Assembly (NCBI GenBank): GCA_039586795.1
Contig: JBDHJS010000027.1
Location: 20,372 to 84,371 of the forward strand
Direction of reading: 5' to 3'
Source: Gemmatimonadota bacterium
GTDB lineage: Bacteria; Gemmatimonadota; Gemmatimonadetes; Palauibacterales; KS3-K002
Length of the DNA: 64,000 nucleotides
The notes beneath the pieces were generated by a model that worked only from the letters and a program-made list of their open reading frames with translations, was not told the DNA's origin and did no database searches. Every line of letters starts with the position of its first letter. Position 1 is the stretch's first letter. Shown here piece after piece: positions 1-10,043 of this stretch. The translations under genes were made by a program, and so were the position numbers.

Positions 1-75
1 GCGCGCCCGCGGCAGCCCTTCCGCTGGCAGAACAACTAGGCCGGACCCATACAGGTCGTTCCAGGAGGTTACAGT

Positions 76-2130
76 ATGTTTTCACGTCTGCGGATCACGG
101 TTGGTGTGTTGCTAGGCCTGGCGGTTCTTGCCGCGCCGCTCAGCGCTCAGGTGCCGGATGTGCCCGGCCCCTCCTTCAAAGATGTACTCAGTCTGGCGGA
201 CATCGGCGGGGTCGCGATATCGCCCGACGGAAGCGCCATCGCCTACACGGTGACCAGCACGGACTGGGAGGGAAATCGCTACGACACTGAGATCTGGTTG
301 GTGCGTGATGGACACGAGCCGTTTCAGCTGACGCGCACCGACAACGGGAGCAGCTCGAGCCCCCAGTGGTCGCCCGACGGTAAGTGGCTCGCCTTCGCCG
401 CCGATCGGGGCGATAAGCGGCAGATCCACCTGATCAACATCAACGGCGGGGAAGCCTGGGCGCTCACCAAGGCTGGCGAGGGCGTGGGCGGCTTCCAATG
501 GGCGCCAGACGGCACGCGCATCGCCTTCTCGCAATCGGAGAAGGAGAGCAAGACCGACAAGCAGCGGACCGAGCAGTACGGCGCTTACGCGGTCGAGGAT
601 GCCGAGTACCGTCTGACCCACCTCTGGCTGGTCGAGCTGCCGGATCAACCGGAGGCGGTAGAGGCGACGCGGCTCACCGAAGGCGAAGACTTCACGGTGT
701 CGGGTTTCGAATGGTCGCCGGATGGCACAAAGATCGCGTTCGGGCATCGGCCCGATCCGCTGATCAACTCGTGGATGTATACCGATATCTCGATCCTCCA
801 CGTCGAGAGCGGGGAAGTGACACCGCTCACCACTTCGGAGGGTTCTGAGAGCAACCCCAACTGGTCGCCCGATGGCCGCTGGATCGCTTATCAGGCGAGC
901 GGGCCCGAGCTGGGCTCGGCGTACTACACCAACGGACTCTTCTACGTGGTTCCGTCCGAGGGCGGAGAGCCGAGGCCCATTGCGGAAGACCTGGACGAAG
1001 ACCCGTTCATCACCGCGTGGACACGGGACGGAATCTACCTGATGGGATGGGAGCGAACGAACCGGCGCGTCTACAGAGTCGACCCGAACTCCGGCCGCAC
1101 GGAGATGTTCGCCGACAACCCCGATCGCATCTGGTCCCTCGACTTCACGTCCGACGGTCGTACGGTTGCCCTGGTTGGCCGCACATCCACAACCCTGGAC
1201 GAGGTCTATCGGACGTCGACCAACCGCTTCCGGCCGGAGCGGCTGACGAACATGACCGAGCAGGTTGCGGGCTGGCAGCTGGGTACCAGCGAAGTGATCT
1301 CGTGGGCGAGCAGCGACGGCACGACCATCGAAGGCGTGTTGCACAAGCCTGACGACTTCGATCCGTCACGACAGTATCCGTTGCTCGTCATGATTCACGG
1401 CGGGCCCACCGGCATCGACTACCCGACGCCGGTGCTCAGCTACGTCTACCCCGCCAACCAGTGGCTTGCCAAGGGCGCGCTTGTGCTGCGACCCAACTAT
1501 CGCGGCTCCGCCGGCTACGGCGAGGACTTCCGGTCGCTCAACGTGCGAAACTTGGGTGTCGGTGACGCGTGGGACGTGCTCTCCGGCGTGGACCACGTCA
1601 TCGCCCAGGGAATAGTCGACACGACGCGCATGGGCGCCATGGGCTGGAGCCAGGGCGGCTACATCTCGGCCTACCTGACGACCACCACCGATCGCTTCGC
1701 GGCGATCTCCGTGGGCGCCGGCATCTCCAACTGGGTCACCTATTACGTGAACACCGACATCCATCCGTTCACGCGGCAGTATCTGAAAGCGACGCCGTGG
1801 GAAGACAGCGATATCTACGCCGTGACGTCGCCCATGACGTTCATCAACCAGGCGTCCACGCCGACCCTCATCCAGCACGGCGAGTTCGATCGCCGGGTGC
1901 CGATCCCCAACGCCTACGAGCTTTACCAGGGACTCCAGGATGTAGGTGTCGATGCGAAGCTCATCGTGTACAAGGGCTTCGGCCATGGCATCACCAAACC
2001 GAAGGAGCGGCTCGCCGCGGTGTGGCACAACTGGATGTGGTTTGGAAAGTACCTGTGGGGTGAGGAGATCGAGATGCCGATCGATCTGGGCGAGGAAGAG
2101 GACGAAGAGAGGACGGACTCGAGCAACTGA
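76..2130 (+). CDS. S9 family (prolyl oligopeptidase/acylaminoacyl) peptidase, secreted, with N-terminal PD40 beta-propeller
   Basis: Signal peptide; repeated WSPDG motifs; IHGGP, NYRGSAGYG, nucleophile GWSQGG, D-RRVP and GHG catalytic motifs; AGGAGG RBS upstream. Confidence 0.93.
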   Translation: MFSRLRITVGVLLGLAVLAAPLSAQVPDVPGPSFKDVLSLADIGGVAISPDGSAIAYTVTSTDWEGNRYDTEIWLVRDGHEPFQLTRTDNGSSSSPQWSPDGKWLAFAADRGDKRQIHLININGGEAWALTKAGEGVGGFQWAPDGTRIAFSQSEKESKTDKQRTEQYGAYAVEDAEYRLTHLWLVELPDQPEAVEATRLTEGEDFTVSGFEWSPDGTKIAFGHRPDPLINSWMYTDISILHVESGEVTPLTTSEGSESNPNWSPDGRWIAYQASGPELGSAYYTNGLFYVVPSEGGEPRPIAEDLDEDPFITAWTRDGIYLMGWERTNRRVYRVDPNSGRTEMFADNPDRIWSLDFTSDGRTVALVGRTSTTLDEVYRTSTNRFRPERLTNMTEQVAGWQLGTSEVISWASSDGTTIEGVLHKPDDFDPSRQYPLLVMIHGGPTGIDYPTPVLSYVYPANQWLAKGALVLRPNYRGSAGYGEDFRSLNVRNLGVGDAWDVLSGVDHVIAQGIVDTTRMGAMGWSQGGYISAYLTTTTDRFAAISVGAGISNWVTYYVNTDIHPFTRQYLKATPWEDSDIYAVTSPMTFINQASTPTLIQHGEFDRRVPIPNAYELYQGLQDVGVDAKLIVYKGFGHGITKPKERLAAVWHNWMWFGKYLWGEEIEMPIDLGEEEDEERTDSSN

Positions 2131-2170
2131 GTCACCCGGACTCTGAAGAGAGGGTCGCAGGCAGAGAATG

Positions 2171-2200
2171 GGAAGAGGGCAGCCGAGGCTGCCCTCTTCC
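2171..2200. terminator. Hairpin between convergent genes, probable bidirectional terminator
   Basis: GGAAGAGGGCAGC-cgag-GCTGCCCTCTTCC, perfect 13-bp stem; no clear U-tract. Confidence 0.6.
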
Positions 2201-2240
2201 GTCGCAAGACGGTGGCTGGTCTTCGAGATACGGAAGCCAG

Positions 2241-2780
2241 CTAGAAAATGATCCCGGATGCGGCAAACAGCTCAGAGAATGGCGTTGTTTCAATTGCATT
2301 GAACCTGATCTGTTTCGTGTGGAAGTCGCCAGTTCCGTGACCGATTCCTCTCATCGTTACCTGGTAGCCGGTTGACAGCCCTTTGAAGGGTCCTTGGAAC
2401 ATTCCACAAATGCCGTCATAGCATACGTCCATAGTGACGAAGCCGCGGACGCGGCCGTCACCCGCGGCGTCCTGTGACCCGTTCAGGATGGCCGTAATCG
2501 TTCCAACCAGATCGCCATCGACGGTCCCCGGAACGATACATTTCTTGAAGTGGTTCGTCCCCGTTGCGGGGTCGGGGGTAACACACTCGGGGTTGATGAC
2601 ATTGGGAAACCCGGGTATTGGGCCGCTGACGTCGGCTTCGAAAGTGATGGGCGTTGCTTTCTTGACCGCCGTTGCCGAGGGTGTGATTCCGTCAGCTGAC
2701 AACTCGGTCGGTGTTGGATTGTCACAGCCCGCAATGAGAAAGGCCAAGGTAAGCATGAAGAAAAGGGCTCGATGCTTCAT
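2241..2780 (-). CDS. Hypothetical lipoprotein
   Basis: MKHR followed by a hydrophobic stretch and LIAGC lipobox; beta-rich mature part with 4 Cys. Confidence 0.7.
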   Translation of the reverse strand: MKHRALFFMLTLAFLIAGCDNPTPTELSADGITPSATAVKKATPITFEADVSGPIPGFPNVINPECVTPDPATGTNHFKKCIVPGTVDGDLVGTITAILNGSQDAAGDGRVRGFVTMDVCYDGICGMFQGPFKGLSTGYQVTMRGIGHGTGDFHTKQIRFNAIETTPFSELFAASGIIF

Positions 2781-3010
2781 GACGTCACTCCCGGTAGACG
2801 TTCTGGATCACGCGTGGAAGATGGATGTACTGTTGGGGAGGAGGGGCGCGTCGGGGTTTCAGGAACAGTCTCGTTCTGGAGCAAAACACATAGATAGCAC
2901 TTGCGGACGCAATCGCAGGCTTGCCTGAAGGGCAGGGTAATACTCCCGGCACTTCCACGGCTGAGGTCCCCGGTCGGAGTATCCGTTCTCGGCCTCAACC
3001 CATCTCCCGA

Positions 3011-3060
3011 AAATACTAACCTGCGATAGTATTTGTAATTGTGCAACAAATATCAATTAC
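3011..3060. promoter_or_regulatory. AT-rich patch with two adjacent palindromes (putative operators)
   Basis: AAATACTA-N8-TAGTATTT (3011-3034) abutting GTAATTG-N12-CAATTAC (3035-3060), upstream of the 2780 lipoprotein gene. Confidence 0.45.
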
Positions 3061-3140
3061 CGTTAGCGATAAGGAGCAAGAAATCGAGGGGCTACTGAGA
3101 ATCAGGGCAGCGAGGAATACTCCTCCACGCGGGGATCGGC

Positions 3141-4097
3141 CTACGCGGCGAGCAGCCAGGCGATCGTCAGAAGTGCTCCGATCCCTGCGGCCGCCGTCGC
3201 CGCGATCTTCGCTACGGAATACGGTGCGGTACCGAATACCACCCGGGCGCGCTGCCCGCTGATCACCGCCCGATAGCGTTTGCCGCGGTATCGATAGACC
3301 AGAACGTACGCCGGCAGCGCCAGGCGGCGGGTGATCAACCCCCGGAGCAGAGCGGTGACGTGGACGTTCCTGAAGCGATGGCCCGGTACGTGTCGCTGAC
3401 CGACGCGTTCGGCGGCGAGCTGATCTATCGCGCTCATCACTCGGCCCCGGGCGAGGCTGCGCTGGACGTCGAATTGCTCCACGGCGGCGCCGCTCGCACC
3501 CGCCGGTTCCGGGCGCGCCGTTGAAAAGTCGTAATCGTGCTCCAGGGCATCGGTCTCGGCTTCGCTGAGCCCTCGTGACGCCGAGACCGCGATACCGTCG
3601 AACTCCATCTCCGCTTGCCCGGCGTGGGGCGCCCAATCGGAGCGGTAGCTGCCCGCATCCGAATCGGCCGTCCAGCTGATCAGGGCGGTGGCGTCGAACA
3701 CCCAGGCCACCCACCAGAGCGGACGCAGCGTATCGATCCGCGCCGTTGCTTTGAGGTCCGAGGGCCGGAACCGTCCCAGCGTCGCCAGCCATTCCCGAAG
3801 CGCACCCTGCGCCTGCCTCGCGTCTGTGGTGAACGGAAGAAACGCCTGGGTCTGCTCCATCGGATCTTGCAACGTCTCCAGTCGCATGACCGAACCGCAA
3901 TAGCCGCAGCTCGGCGCCTGCACCTCCACATCGTATCGAAGGGCTGCCCCGCAACCGTCGCAGCGGTGGACCTCTATTTCCGTGACCGTCCGCGAGTCGG
4001 CGACCGCCGGCGCCGCCTGACTGCAGATGGCGCAACGCAGGTCGCCAATCTCCAGCTGGCTCTCGCAACGTTCACACGTGGTCACGGGCGTGGCCAT
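3141..4097 (-). CDS. Double zinc-ribbon protein with C-terminal TM helix
   Basis: Likely start MATPVTT at 4097; CERC/CAIC and CDGC/CGYC pairs; paralogous to the upstream gene; hydrophobic C-terminus. Confidence 0.75.
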   Translation of the reverse strand: MATPVTTCERCESQLEIGDLRCAICSQAAPAVADSRTVTEIEVHRCDGCGAALRYDVEVQAPSCGYCGSVMRLETLQDPMEQTQAFLPFTTDARQAQGALREWLATLGRFRPSDLKATARIDTLRPLWWVAWVFDATALISWTADSDAGSYRSDWAPHAGQAEMEFDGIAVSASRGLSEAETDALEHDYDFSTARPEPAGASGAAVEQFDVQRSLARGRVMSAIDQLAAERVGQRHVPGHRFRNVHVTALLRGLITRRLALPAYVLVYRYRGKRYRAVISGQRARVVFGTAPYSVAKIAATAAAGIGALLTIAWLLAA

Positions 4098-4105
4098 GTC
4101 ATCAC

Positions 4106-5014
4106 CTAGAACGCGTTCAGCAGCCAGAGCAGAGTCGCTACGAACCCGGCGGCAAGCACGACGGTCGTAGTGATCTTGCGAATCGAGAGCGGCGCCGTGC
4201 CATAGATCTCTCCCGTCTGGCCGTTCATCAAGACGCGCGCCGGGGGCTTCTCTTTGGCGTACCGCATCGAAAACACCCACACCGGCAAGAGTACCAGGTC
4301 GATCACTTCATCTACCAAGTGCGTCGAATACCTCAGTGAGTGGTGGCTGTCGCCGGGCATGAAGCCCGCTAGGTCGTCCCCGACCCGGGCGATCGCCTCG
4401 CCGCGAGCCGTGCGTAGACACGCCTCCGAATCCAGCGAGGGTTCTTCAGCCAACCAGCCCGACAAGATAGCAGCTTCGTATCGTCGCAGGGCCCGCAGGT
4501 CGAACGGCTCGACCTCCGCCAGCTCGTGGTTGGGAATGCCCCTGGACGCTGTGACCACCGCGTCGTGGATGTAGCGTGATTGTCGTCCCCGGAGGCTTCG
4601 ATACTCGGTCTTGCGCACGGTCCGCGTCTGGCGGTTCCCCTCCGAGTCGGTGTACGTCTCGGTCTCGGTGTAGTCTTCACCGATCTCCGCCTCGTACACC
4701 GTTTCGGCGACAGCGCCGTATAGGTAGGTGGGCAGGTAGACGCCGCGCGTCTTTTCCAGCGTCGCCTTCTTGAAATCGGAACGGACGAACGGACCGCGAC
4801 CGCGGATCCAATTCTGCACGGCGGTAGTCGCTTGCTCGCGGCCGATGACGAAGCCGAGAGCGAAGGTAGGATCCGGTCGCTCCGCCGATGCCGGGCGCTC
4901 GACGACCATGGGCGAGGCGCAGAACGCACACTCCGCGGTGCGAAGGTGCTCGTCTAGAGTGAGCGTCGCGCCACAGCTTTCGCAGGCGATATCTATGACT
5001 TTCGGACTGGCCAT
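4106..5014 (-). CDS. Zinc-ribbon protein with C-terminal TM helix
   Basis: CESC...CAFC; GVYLPTY, EVEPFDL, LLPVW and MNGQTGEIYG motifs; C-terminal TM. Confidence 0.8.
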   Translation of the reverse strand: MASPKVIDIACESCGATLTLDEHLRTAECAFCASPMVVERPASAERPDPTFALGFVIGREQATTAVQNWIRGRGPFVRSDFKKATLEKTRGVYLPTYLYGAVAETVYEAEIGEDYTETETYTDSEGNRQTRTVRKTEYRSLRGRQSRYIHDAVVTASRGIPNHELAEVEPFDLRALRRYEAAILSGWLAEEPSLDSEACLRTARGEAIARVGDDLAGFMPGDSHHSLRYSTHLVDEVIDLVLLPVWVFSMRYAKEKPPARVLMNGQTGEIYGTAPLSIRKITTTVVLAAGFVATLLWLLNAF

Positions 5015-5034
5015 TCTGAGACCTGGACGCTAAC

Positions 5035-6690
5035 TCAGTAACGCCACCACGGCGCCGTCAGGGCCGACGGCATATGTCGCAACGCGTGCGAGGCGATCTC
5101 CTTCAGCCGCTCCGAAGTGCTCACCGGACCGATCCAACAGTGACCCTTGCCGTCGCCGTACATGAAGTAGCCTGGGTAGTGGGGATCTTCCGTCGTCTGC
5201 ATCCAGGCGTCCATCTGCCGTACGGCGACGTCCAAATAGAAGTTGTCCATCGTCCCGGTATAGATGTGCAGCTTGTCTACCAGCTTCGGGCCCAGCGTCG
5301 ACCAGTTGCGCTTCATGTGCTCCAGCAGGTCGTAGTTGTCGCGCCAGTACTCCGCCACCTCGGGATCGATGACGCCGGTCCGCTTGTCGAACAGCGGCTT
5401 GAAGTAGCCGTCATCGCCCAGCGGCCCGTAGACGGCCGACCAGATGTCCAGCTGTTCGCCGGACCGGCCCTTCGTTCCGTTCACCAGCTCCCAGCGATTC
5501 CGCTGCTCTGATGTGAGGCGGATGATCCCGTCCGTCTCGCGAGTGTTCGGCGTGGGCACGCGGCGCCATTCGTGCTGCTTGTAGAACGCGTTCTCGTCCT
5601 CGTAGATGTTGATGCCTTCGACGTTGGTGAAGGTGACGGGGTCCGGGCAGTAGGCCCAGGTACCGCCGAAGAAGTCGGGATGAAAGACCTGGAGGGCGAG
5701 CGCTTCCCAGCCGCCGGTGGAGCCGCCGTCCAGGAACCGCGCCCACGGTTCGTTGATGATGCGGAAGCGCCGCTCCACTTCCGGGATCAATTCCTCGATG
5801 ATCGCGTCGCCGTACGGACCCACGTTCACCGAGTTTACGACGTAGGAATCGTCGAAGTACGGGTTCGGGTGCTGGAAGGTGACGACGATCATGCGCGGGA
5901 AGTCGTCCTGCATCCATGCGTCGTACAAATCCGTTCCTTCGCGGAAGCCGAGGGGCGGCCGCAGCGAGAAATGGCCCTGTCTATATAAGACGGGATACTC
6001 CATCGTCTCGCGGTCGTAGTCTCGTGGCAACAGCACCGTGGCGCCCAGATAGATGGGCCGGCCCCAGAACTCGGTGAGCATCGGGCTCTGGAAACGGAAG
6101 CGCTTCACGAACTCCGTGTCCTCCGGGATATCCACCGGCGGAATGACATTGTTCGCCTCCAGCAGGATCGTGTAGCCCGCCTCCGGATCGAGCCGCACGC
6201 GCTGTACATCGCTGTAGAAGTTGCCCGGCGACCGCTGCCACTGCTGGCCCTCCCAATGATCCTCGGGCATCCAGACGACATGACCGTCGGCTCGTTCGTA
6301 CCTCTCGTAGATGTTCACGAATCCCTGCACGAAGTATTCGCCGGCCGGGATCTCGCTCAGGCTCACCACCGGCGAACCCAGGTCGCTGGCGTCGATCACG
6401 GCCGCTTCTCCTGGCGCCAGCGACTCCACGTCTCGGCCGAATAGCGGTGCCCCGGTTCGGCCGACCTGATAGCGGGGTTCGGGCTGGCCCCGTCGGGAGA
6501 TCATGACGTAGACCCGACCGGTGACGGGCTCGGAGCGCACCGACGTCGGAAATGAGATCTCGAAGCGCGTCGAGGACGTAGCGTCGTTCGCAGCGCTCTG
6601 CGCGAGCAGGTTCGAGCCTGTGATGAGGGCGAGGCCGATGAGAGTCACCGACACGGCCTTCGAGGAGCGAGGCGGAACGGAACAGAGCAT
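5035..6690 (-). CDS. Secreted putative esterase (alpha/beta hydrolase)
   Basis: Signal peptide; GGSTGG nucleophile elbow; GTMDNF and KGHCW triad candidates; AAGGAG RBS. Confidence 0.8.
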   Translation of the reverse strand: MLCSVPPRSSKAVSVTLIGLALITGSNLLAQSAANDATSSTRFEISFPTSVRSEPVTGRVYVMISRRGQPEPRYQVGRTGAPLFGRDVESLAPGEAAVIDASDLGSPVVSLSEIPAGEYFVQGFVNIYERYERADGHVVWMPEDHWEGQQWQRSPGNFYSDVQRVRLDPEAGYTILLEANNVIPPVDIPEDTEFVKRFRFQSPMLTEFWGRPIYLGATVLLPRDYDRETMEYPVLYRQGHFSLRPPLGFREGTDLYDAWMQDDFPRMIVVTFQHPNPYFDDSYVVNSVNVGPYGDAIIEELIPEVERRFRIINEPWARFLDGGSTGGWEALALQVFHPDFFGGTWAYCPDPVTFTNVEGINIYEDENAFYKQHEWRRVPTPNTRETDGIIRLTSEQRNRWELVNGTKGRSGEQLDIWSAVYGPLGDDGYFKPLFDKRTGVIDPEVAEYWRDNYDLLEHMKRNWSTLGPKLVDKLHIYTGTMDNFYLDVAVRQMDAWMQTTEDPHYPGYFMYGDGKGHCWIGPVSTSERLKEIASHALRHMPSALTAPWWRY

Positions 6691-6827
6691 GGATTCTCCT
6701 TTAGTGGACGGTCAAGATGAGGAGGAGCTATCTTGTTATCAAGCGAGACGAATGAATCGCCCAAGGGACAGGGTACGTAGTGTATCGTGGCACTCCCAGC
6801 GAAAGCCGATCGGTAGAGGAGGCCGCC

Positions 6828-7970
6828 ATGACCCCCGGAATACACCCGGATTTCATACACAAAGGCGTCAATCGACGTGATTTCTTGCGTACCTCGGCCA
6901 TGGCCGCGGGAGGGGTGGCGGTAGGCGCCTGCCTCAACGGGGCGACGGCACCGCCGGATCCGACGGCCCAGGTCGCTGCCGTTCGCGGTACGAACCTCTA
7001 TGACATGACCCGCGACGCTCTGGACGCGATCGGCGGCATGGGCAGCGTCGTCCACGAAGGCGAGTCGGTGTTCATCAAGCCCAACATGGTGGGGCTCCCG
7101 TGGGCGCAGTACAACGACACTTTCGCGAACGGCGAGTGCACGAAGCCGGAGATCGTCATCGCGGCCGCGGAGGAGTGCATGAGGGCGGGTGCCGCTGAAG
7201 TGGTGATTGGCGATGGCTCGCACATGCCCGTGCTGAACTGGGAGCACGCGACGACGCTGGACGGAACCACGAACCTGGCTCGAGAGGCCGAGCGCCTCAG
7301 CTCGGAGTACCCGGGCACGGTCCGGGTCGCTTCACTCGAGACCGATTCACCGGCTTGGATCGAGCTTCCTTCACGTACCTACTTGGGTACGATCGCGGTG
7401 TCGAGTCTGGTCGCCCGGGCCGATCGGGTGATCACGATTCCCGTAGCCAAGACCCACTCCTGGGCCCAGCTGACTCTGGCGACCAAGAACTTCATCGGCG
7501 TCACGCCCCTCGAGCGCTATGCGGTGTGGGTGGAGCCGGGGGGCTATTGGGATCGCGGTGGGACGTTCGATCACAGCACGCCGACAGCGATCGCCGCCAT
7601 CTATCTGGACATCGTCGACGGTGTGAAGCCGGACCTGGCGATCGTCGATTTCTCCATCGGCATCGAGGCGGATGGTCCGGGCCTTGGCCACGGCGGCCGA
7701 ACGGTGGATCTTCGTGACCGGCTCGGCTCCTGGTTGATCCTCGCCAGCACCGACGCGATGGCGGCGGATGCTACGGCGGCCCGCGTCATGAGCCACGATG
7801 TGAACAGGATGGTCCAGCTTGGCATGGGCTACAACCTGGGCTTGGGCGAGATCCGCGAGGAGAGAATCGAGGTCGTCGGGGCGCGGCTGGATGAGCTACA
7901 GGTCGAGTGGACCCCGGCCACTCTCAAGCCACGGGGGATGTGCCCCTACTCAGCGGCGAAGTTTGCATAG
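6828..7970 (+). CDS. DUF362-like protein with Tat (lipoprotein) signal
   Basis: GGAGG RBS; NRRDFL twin-arginine motif then VGAC; VFIKPN, KTH-x6-TLATKN and D-AMA-ADA motifs typical of DUF362. Confidence 0.8.
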   Translation: MTPGIHPDFIHKGVNRRDFLRTSAMAAGGVAVGACLNGATAPPDPTAQVAAVRGTNLYDMTRDALDAIGGMGSVVHEGESVFIKPNMVGLPWAQYNDTFANGECTKPEIVIAAAEECMRAGAAEVVIGDGSHMPVLNWEHATTLDGTTNLAREAERLSSEYPGTVRVASLETDSPAWIELPSRTYLGTIAVSSLVARADRVITIPVAKTHSWAQLTLATKNFIGVTPLERYAVWVEPGGYWDRGGTFDHSTPTAIAAIYLDIVDGVKPDLAIVDFSIGIEADGPGLGHGGRTVDLRDRLGSWLILASTDAMAADATAARVMSHDVNRMVQLGMGYNLGLGEIREERIEVVGARLDELQVEWTPATLKPRGMCPYSAAKFA

Positions 7971-7975
7971 GAGAG

Positions 7976-9934
7976 CTATTCCTCTTTATCACCGCGGAGC
8001 AATCGGTCGACGTCGCCCCGCGCCTGCAGCAGCTCGTCGACCTCGCCGGCGACCTCACGTGCGGCCATGAGGTCGCCGGTCATGCTTTCGACGCTGCCGG
8101 ATCCCGCTTGCATGCGGAGTAAGCCAAGCCTGATCGTCTCGAGGGCGGCTACCGCATCGGCCAGACGCCCCTGCGTCGCATCCCGAGTGGCGAGCAGATC
8201 GTCTTCCAGCTTGCGTTGCTGCTCGGTAATGCCCGCACCCACATCAGGGCGCGGCGATTCGTCAAGCGATCGACTCCCTGGCCGATCGATACGAACGCGA
8301 GCCAGCACGCCGTTCAGGTTCTCGACCTGCGTTCGCATCTTCTGCGCGTCGGCTTCCAGCTTGCGTACGACCTCAGGCAGGTCCGTCAGTTGACGCCGCA
8401 TTGGTTTGGGCAGCTCCTCGAACAGGCGGTCGGCCTCCATACCGATGGCCATTTCGGTGGGTCGATAGGTGGCCGATCCAACGCTCGTCTTTCGTTTCAG
8501 GCCGAGCCCCGCCAGCTTGAAGGTCCACCTGCCAAGGCGCGACCTCCAGAACCAACCCCGGATCTCGTTCGATATGTCGCGGCGTAGTTGCAGCCGATAA
8601 GTAGCGAGTATGCCGGCGCCGATCCCCACGGTCATCGAAATCACGACCGTCTGCCCCAGATTCCCGATCCGAAAGCCGTCGAGAAACCAGATCGCGCCTA
8701 TCCCAAGTGCGGCGGTCCCGAGCCCGACTGCTGAGATGAGACGAACCACGCGCTCGTAGAGCGAAGGCTTGGTCCCGAACTCGAAGGCGCCCTCTTCACG
8801 GGCGCGTTCGTGTTCCACTTTTAGTGCGGCAATCACGTCGTCCGTGTCGTAGCCGGACTTGATCAGCCGGCGCGCCTTGCGCGTGACAATCCCGGCGGGC
8901 ACGACGGTTATGCCGAGCCCGAAAGTCCCGAAACCGACCAGCGCGCCGAAATTACCGCCGAAGATTGCCCCTAGTGTCATCGAGATCGCCGCGAGGGTCC
9001 AACCCAGGATGACTACGCCGCCCACTCCGATGCGCTTATCCCGCTTCACGAAGATTCGTAGCGGCACGGGTAGCTCTCGGCGTTCGCCCAGTGATTGGCC
9101 GAACGCGTCCGCCAGTTCGTGTTCGTTCGTGAACCGCGACGCCGGGTTCTTTGCCAGGCAACTATCAATGGTGCGCGCTAGCCGGCCGGGCACGTTCGGC
9201 GCGACGGAGGCCACCGGGGGCGCCGGCTTGTTGATGTGCTTGCCGAGAATCGCCGCTGGCGTCGACCCTTCGAACGGCAAGTTCCCGCTCAGCGCGTAGT
9301 AGCCCACGACGCCCAGCGAGTAGATGTCGCAGGCCGGACCCACCGGCTTGCCCATCGCCTGTTCCGGGCTCATGAACTCGGCGGTGCCCGAGACTTGTGC
9401 CATGCTTCCGGTTTCGGCGCTCTCCGCGACGCTGGCGATGCCGAAGTCGGCGACCAGGGCCCGGCCCGTGCCGGACTCGATGAGAATGTTGTCGGGCTTC
9501 ACGTCCCGATGAACGACGCCGTGGTCGTGGGCGTAGGCGAGGGCCCAGGCGACCTCGCGGAGCGTGCGCGCCACCTCCGTCGGCGGCCGCGGCCCGCGGC
9601 TGCGGATCCGTTCGCCCAGCGATTCGCCGTCGATGTACGCCATGGCGAACATCACAAAGTCGTCGACTTCATCGACAGAGAAGATTGGAACGATGTTTGG
9701 GTGGGAGAGCTTGGCCGCCGTTCGCGCTTCCCGTAGGAACCGCTCCCGAGCCGCCGGCTGGGCCGCCAGCTCCGGGGGGAGCAGCTTGAGCGCCACCGGG
9801 CGGTCCAGGCTGACCTCCCGGGCCAGGTAGACGATCCCCATACCCCCGCGCCCCAGCTCACTTTCCAGGGAGTAGCGGCCGGCAAGTGCTTGCTGGAGTT
9901 GGATGTACTGGGTGCTGGGCTGATCGTTAATCAC
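7976..9934 (-). CDS. Hanks-type Ser/Thr protein kinase with 4 TM segments and C-terminal coiled coil
   Basis: GRGGMG, VALK, HRDVKPDN, DFG, GTAEFMSPEQ; hydrophobic segments after the kinase domain; helical C-terminus. Confidence 0.93.
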   Translation of the reverse strand: MINDQPSTQYIQLQQALAGRYSLESELGRGGMGIVYLAREVSLDRPVALKLLPPELAAQPAARERFLREARTAAKLSHPNIVPIFSVDEVDDFVMFAMAYIDGESLGERIRSRGPRPPTEVARTLREVAWALAYAHDHGVVHRDVKPDNILIESGTGRALVADFGIASVAESAETGSMAQVSGTAEFMSPEQAMGKPVGPACDIYSLGVVGYYALSGNLPFEGSTPAAILGKHINKPAPPVASVAPNVPGRLARTIDSCLAKNPASRFTNEHELADAFGQSLGERRELPVPLRIFVKRDKRIGVGGVVILGWTLAAISMTLGAIFGGNFGALVGFGTFGLGITVVPAGIVTRKARRLIKSGYDTDDVIAALKVEHERAREEGAFEFGTKPSLYERVVRLISAVGLGTAALGIGAIWFLDGFRIGNLGQTVVISMTVGIGAGILATYRLQLRRDISNEIRGWFWRSRLGRWTFKLAGLGLKRKTSVGSATYRPTEMAIGMEADRLFEELPKPMRRQLTDLPEVVRKLEADAQKMRTQVENLNGVLARVRIDRPGSRSLDESPRPDVGAGITEQQRKLEDDLLATRDATQGRLADAVAALETIRLGLLRMQAGSGSVESMTGDLMAAREVAGEVDELLQARGDVDRLLRGDKEE

Positions 9935-9982
9935 GCTGAGATGATCGTGAGGTTTGACCGCTCTGGCAAGCCGAAAAGAGCG

Positions 9983-10011
9983 TTGACAGGATAATCGATA
10001 TTTCGTATATG
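9983..10011 (+). promoter_or_regulatory. Putative sigma70 promoter of the porin gene
   Basis: TTGACA-N17-TATATG. Confidence 0.5.
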
Positions 10012-10043
10012 GAGAGCGGACCCCGACTGCTCAATTGCTGTAA

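Noticed and set aside
112..1344. Long antisense and alternate-frame ORFs (e.g. 112-1344, 3016-4068, 28246-29151, 41004-41930)
   Set aside because: Shadow ORFs expected at high GC; Arg/Pro/Ala-rich, motif-free and overlapping well-supported genes
6788..6802. Sigma54 promoter before the DUF362 gene (TGGCAC)
   Set aside because: The GC dinucleotide is not at the required GG-N10-GC spacing
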